NCBI GenBank assembly: GCA_037143735.1
Contig: JBAWYD010000002.1
Location: forward strand, 1 to 48,302
Source: Deltaproteobacteria bacterium
Lineage (GTDB): Bacteria > Desulfobacterota > Syntrophia > Syntrophales > UBA2185
Reading direction: 5' to 3'
DNA: 48,302 nt
Every line of letters starts with the position of its first letter. Position 1 is the first letter of the stretch. Both the position numbers and the translations under genes were made by a program. The notes beneath the pieces were generated by a model that worked only from the letters and a program-made list of their open reading frames with translations, ran no database searches and was not told where the DNA came from. Below are positions 45,460-48,302 of the stretch, piece by piece.

Positions 45460-47484
45460 ATGGAATCTTTAAGCCGTCTGGACGCCATTTTCAAACCCCG
45501 GAGTGTGGCCCTGATAGGCGCATCGGCAACGCCGGGAAAGCTCGGCTACGATGTCCTGTATAACCTCATCCATGCCGGTTTCAGTGGGCCGATTTACCCC
45601 GTCAACCCCAAGGTAGAAGAGCTTCTGGGGCTTCGTGTGTATAAAAGCATCAGTGAGATTTTAACCCCTCCCGATCTGGCAGTCATTATCATTCCCGCAA
45701 AGGCGGTTCCTGGAACCCTTCAACAGTGTGGAGAAGCGGGAATCAGGGCAGCCATTGTGGTAACCGGCGGTTTTGCCGAAGCGGGAGAGGAAGGGGAAAA
45801 GCTTCAGGAAGAACTGGCGGCGGTGGCGCGTCGCTACGGCATCCGGGTGATCGGGCCGAACTGCCAGGGGGTCAACAATCCGCACCATCGTCTGTGTGCC
45901 TCCTGGCCGCTTCTCACAACCAAAGGAGGCATGGCCTTCATCTGCCAGAGCGGCACGGTAGGGGCAGCCCTCGTGGACTGGGCCAGCCAGGAACAACTGG
46001 GGGTCAGTGTCTTTGTCAGTCTGGGTAACAGGGCGGATGTCGACGAGTCCGACGCCATCCGGTATTTTAACCGGGACCCTCATACAAAGGTGATTGCCCT
46101 CTATGTGGAAGGCGTTAAAAGACCGGCGAAGTTTCTCGAGGCCCTGGCGGAAGCAAAAAAGCCCATCGTTATTTTGAAATCGGGACGTACAGCGAGAGGT
46201 CGGGTGGCGGCGGAGAGTCATACGAAATCTCTTGCCGGAAGTGATGAGATTTACAACGCGATTTTTGAAAAATACAAGGTCCATCGGGCCGACACGCTTG
46301 AAGAACTCTACGATTATGCAAAGGCGCTCGCCTACCTAAAAAAACCGTCCGGGAGACGCCTCCTGAACATTTCCAGCTCCGGCGGCGCGGCCATTCTCGC
46401 GATTGACGAAGCGGAAAAGTACGGTTTCTCTGCACCCGCCCCCAGCAAAAAACTCCATGACCGCCTGAGGACGTTTCTCCCCGCCCACTGCGGGGTGAAT
46501 AATCCCATCGATCTCACCGGCGACGCCATTTCCGATCCGAGCCTGTATTCGAGGGTGATGGAAGCATCACGGTCGGAGTACGACGCCATGGTGCTCATTT
46601 TCGGCGATCCGATTCACGGCGCCTCCGACATCGTCTCCGGCAAGGGGGAACTGGTCATCTTTTGCGGCGGTGCGGATGTGGAACGGGAGGAATCCCGCCT
46701 GATGCACAAAAAGGGAGTTCCGGTCTATTTCACACCCGAACGCGGCATGAAGGCTCTGTGCCAGCTTTTCCGCTTCGATCAGGACACCCGCTCCGGGGAT
46801 GCTCCACATGAAGCCCCACCGCCCCATATCTCCGGGCTGATGGATGCCGGGGAAGCCTTGTCTCTGCTCAAGAAATACAGGATTCCCGCCGTGGATGCCG
46901 TGCCTGCTGCATCTGCACGGGAGGCCGCAGCTCTCGCGAAGAAGATCGGCGCACCGATTGTTCTGAAGATCGCCTCGCCTGATGTCGCCCATAAAAGCGA
47001 CGTCGGCGGCGTGCGCCTCAACCTGAAAAAACAGACGGAGGTGCGTGAAGCCTTTGACTCAATCGTGACGAATGTCAGAAAGAAGGTTCCCTGTGCGAGG
47101 ATTGAGGGTGTCACCGTGTCGCCGATGGCGAAGCCCGGCGGGCTGGAAGTGATCCTGGGTGTGGTCAGGGATGCCCAGTACGGCCATGCCCTGATGTTCG
47201 GCCTCGGAGGGATTTTCACGGAAATCTACAGGGATGTACAGTTCTGCCTGCTTCCGGCAGGGGAAGAGGAATTCAGGCGGATGCTGAGGGGCGTCAGGGG
47301 GTACCCGCTTCTTGCGGGCGTGAGAGGACAGAAGCCCAGGGATCAGAAAGCCCTCATCGCCGTCATGAAAGCCGTCTCAAAGCTTGTATCGGACCACCCG
47401 GAAATCGATCAGATCGATCTGAATCCCGTCCTGGTTTATGAAAAGGGTCTTTCGGTGGTGGATGTCCGGATCTACAGCCGATAA
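45460..47484 (+). CDS. ADP-forming acetyl-CoA synthetase / acetate--CoA ligase family protein (fused CoA-binding, ligase-CoA and ATP-grasp domains)
   Basis: 674 aa. N-terminal CoA-binding FKPRSVALIGAS...PVNP, then GPNCQG and SQSG-like (CQSGT) motifs, then a C-terminal ATP-grasp half. Strong SD AAGGAGGAG. Confidence 0.85.
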   Translation: MESLSRLDAIFKPRSVALIGASATPGKLGYDVLYNLIHAGFSGPIYPVNPKVEELLGLRVYKSISEILTPPDLAVIIIPAKAVPGTLQQCGEAGIRAAIVVTGGFAEAGEEGEKLQEELAAVARRYGIRVIGPNCQGVNNPHHRLCASWPLLTTKGGMAFICQSGTVGAALVDWASQEQLGVSVFVSLGNRADVDESDAIRYFNRDPHTKVIALYVEGVKRPAKFLEALAEAKKPIVILKSGRTARGRVAAESHTKSLAGSDEIYNAIFEKYKVHRADTLEELYDYAKALAYLKKPSGRRLLNISSSGGAAILAIDEAEKYGFSAPAPSKKLHDRLRTFLPAHCGVNNPIDLTGDAISDPSLYSRVMEASRSEYDAMVLIFGDPIHGASDIVSGKGELVIFCGGADVEREESRLMHKKGVPVYFTPERGMKALCQLFRFDQDTRSGDAPHEAPPPHISGLMDAGEALSLLKKYRIPAVDAVPAASAREAAALAKKIGAPIVLKIASPDVAHKSDVGGVRLNLKKQTEVREAFDSIVTNVRKKVPCARIEGVTVSPMAKPGGLEVILGVVRDAQYGHALMFGLGGIFTEIYRDVQFCLLPAGEEEFRRMLRGVRGYPLLAGVRGQKPRDQKALIAVMKAVSKLVSDHPEIDQIDLNPVLVYEKGLSVVDVRIYSR

Positions 47485-47512
47485 AGAGACTGCTGAACCC
47501 TACAAAGAAAGT

Positions 47513-47827
47513 TTACTTCCCCAATGTTCCCGTATCCAGCAACCTTGCCCCATGCAGTACCCGCATGATGATCACCTGTGCGCCGATTATCTTGAAAATT
47601 GCCCGATAATGGCCGAAGATCAGATGGCGATAGGCGGTGCTCAGCAGTTCATTTTCTGGAATGAGGGGACAACGCTCGGGGAAACTTTCAAGAGTACCTA
47701 TCTGCTCTTCCATCCGCAAAATAAAGGCAGTTGCCGCATCAGAATTTTCTTGGGCGATATAATCCCAAATTTCGGCTATATCCGTCTCGGCGGCAGCCGT
47801 AATGTCAACCTTGAATTTCTTTGGCAC
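47513..47827 (-). CDS. type II toxin, ParE/RelE superfamily
   Basis: 104 aa. The pattern AETDIAEIWDYIAQ...FPERCPLIPE...YRHLIFGHYRAIFKI...VIIMRVLHGAR is typical of ParE-like toxins. GTG start overlaps the antitoxin by 23 nt. Confidence 0.8.
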   Translation of the reverse strand: MPKKFKVDITAAAETDIAEIWDYIAQENSDAATAFILRMEEQIGTLESFPERCPLIPENELLSTAYRHLIFGHYRAIFKIIGAQVIIMRVLHGARLLDTGTLGK

Positions 47828-48092
47828 TCTTGAACTCTTTCAGAAAATCACGGATAGGACGAGTTTTGCCGCTTTCCAAGTCACGCTCCGCCGGGGCGAG
47901 AAGTTTCGCCAAATTCCCTGCCTGGAGGTGTTTTTCATATACGCGCACATCCAGCAGTACGGAATCAGCTCTGCCATTCACCGTCAGAATGACCGGTCTC
48001 CCTGTAGCATGGAGATGATCAAGAATATCACGGGTCTTACGCTTCAATTCCGTAACGGAGCGGATGTCTTCCGAAGGGCATATTTGTGACAT
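47805..48092 (-). CDS. type II antitoxin, Phd/YefM family
   Basis: IRSVTELKRKTRDILDHLHATGRPVILTVNGRADSVLLDVRVYE is typical of Phd/YefM. Start trimmed to ATG 48092, preceded by GGGAG at 7 nt. Confidence 0.8.
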   Translation of the reverse strand: MSQICPSEDIRSVTELKRKTRDILDHLHATGRPVILTVNGRADSVLLDVRVYEKHLQAGNLAKLLAPAERDLESGKTRPIRDFLKEFKSAKEIQG

Positions 48093-48125
48093 GTTGTGAC
48101 TCCCTTGATACATGATTTGGCATCA

Positions 48126-48154
48126 CATATAGCATCATCTGTGGTTTTCGTCAA
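48126..48154 (-). promoter_or_regulatory. candidate promoter of the toxin-antitoxin operon (TTGACG-N17-TATATG)
   Basis: On the minus strand, -35 is at 48149..48154 and -10 at 48126..48131, about 35 nt upstream of the antitoxin ATG. Confidence 0.4.
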
Positions 48155-48302
48155 GAATGATTATGAGTGTTATGTTGCGCCTTTCACTCCATACTATGCA
48201 GACAAGATCGAGGAAAATCTGGGTTGTGCGGGTTATTGGTGCCACCTACTAACCAATAAGGATTGATGAGACCTGAAAGGTCGCATTCAATCCTTTGTTC
48301 AA

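Noticed and set aside
45661-46284. 207-aa minus-strand ORF, plus several others between 45726 and 47219
   Set aside because: Antisense or off-frame within the acetyl-CoA synthetase gene. Arg/Gly/Pro-rich, typical of shadow frames in the more GC-rich part of the window.
48233-48293. tRNA or tmRNA fragment at the right edge (TTCAATCC resembling a T-loop)
   Set aside because: No 5-bp T-stem flanks the loop, and there is no acceptor or anticodon arm geometry. It is better described as two simple hairpins.
1-48302. CRISPR arrays, transposases, integrases, phage genes, rRNA or tRNA genes
   Set aside because: Looked for regularly spaced direct repeats, IS-like terminal inverted repeats and RNA-gene signatures in all gaps over 100 bp. 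None was found. The only repeats are the short motifs reported above.

Overview
The window looks like core chromosome from a Desulfobacterota or Syntrophia-like deltaproteobacterium. That taxon guess is low confidence and rests only on gene content and protein style. I found no CRISPR array, rRNA, tRNA, transposase or integrase.

Layout, left to right:
1. Minus strand, 1..21825: a partial DUF484-like gene, xthA and a B12-type radical SAM gene. Upstream of these on the minus strand lies a complete dcw cluster (mraZ-rsmH-ftsL-ftsI-murE-murF-mraY-murD-ftsW-murG-murC-murB-ftsQ-ftsA-ftsZ, no ddl). It has a recognisable Pmra promoter and three 10-bp-phased GTGG boxes. mltG and ruvX lie upstream of it.
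2. Plus strand: selB-fdhD-yhaM-like.
3. Minus strand: a pair made of an eRF1-like (baeRF-type) protein and a stand-alone, divergent GMP-synthase-like PP-loop ATPase.
4. Plus strand: epmB-efp-epmA, then tolQ-tolR-tolA-tolB-pal-cpoB.
5. Minus strand: HU (hup), a DUF1385 membrane protein, a 70-aa orphan, ctpA, a decayed yibQ remnant, a TPR lipoprotein and a LolB-fold lipoprotein.
6. Plus strand: a Cys-rich orphan, a PAP2 phosphatase, a GT9 glycosyltransferase and an ADP-forming acetyl-CoA synthetase.
7. Minus strand, right edge: a Phd/YefM-ParE toxin-antitoxin pair.

Several ORF-track N-termini were trimmed to starts preceded by a Shine-Dalgarno (SD) sequence: ftsA, murC, rsmH, mraZ, selB, epmA, ctpA and the antitoxin.

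Most interesting observations:
- The eRF1-like plus PP-loop gene pair.
- A bipartite motif (GGAA-N-TTCC ... GTGG ... TCTTC) present three times. By eye it occurs only in intergenic DNA, always on the plus strand, next to envelope genes.
- An FdhD whose CGxCG cysteine loop is replaced by SGSRG.
- A 25-bp perfect inverted repeat across the GT9 stop codon.

I see no clear multi-gene defence or mobile system. All family assignments come from motif recall, not from searches.
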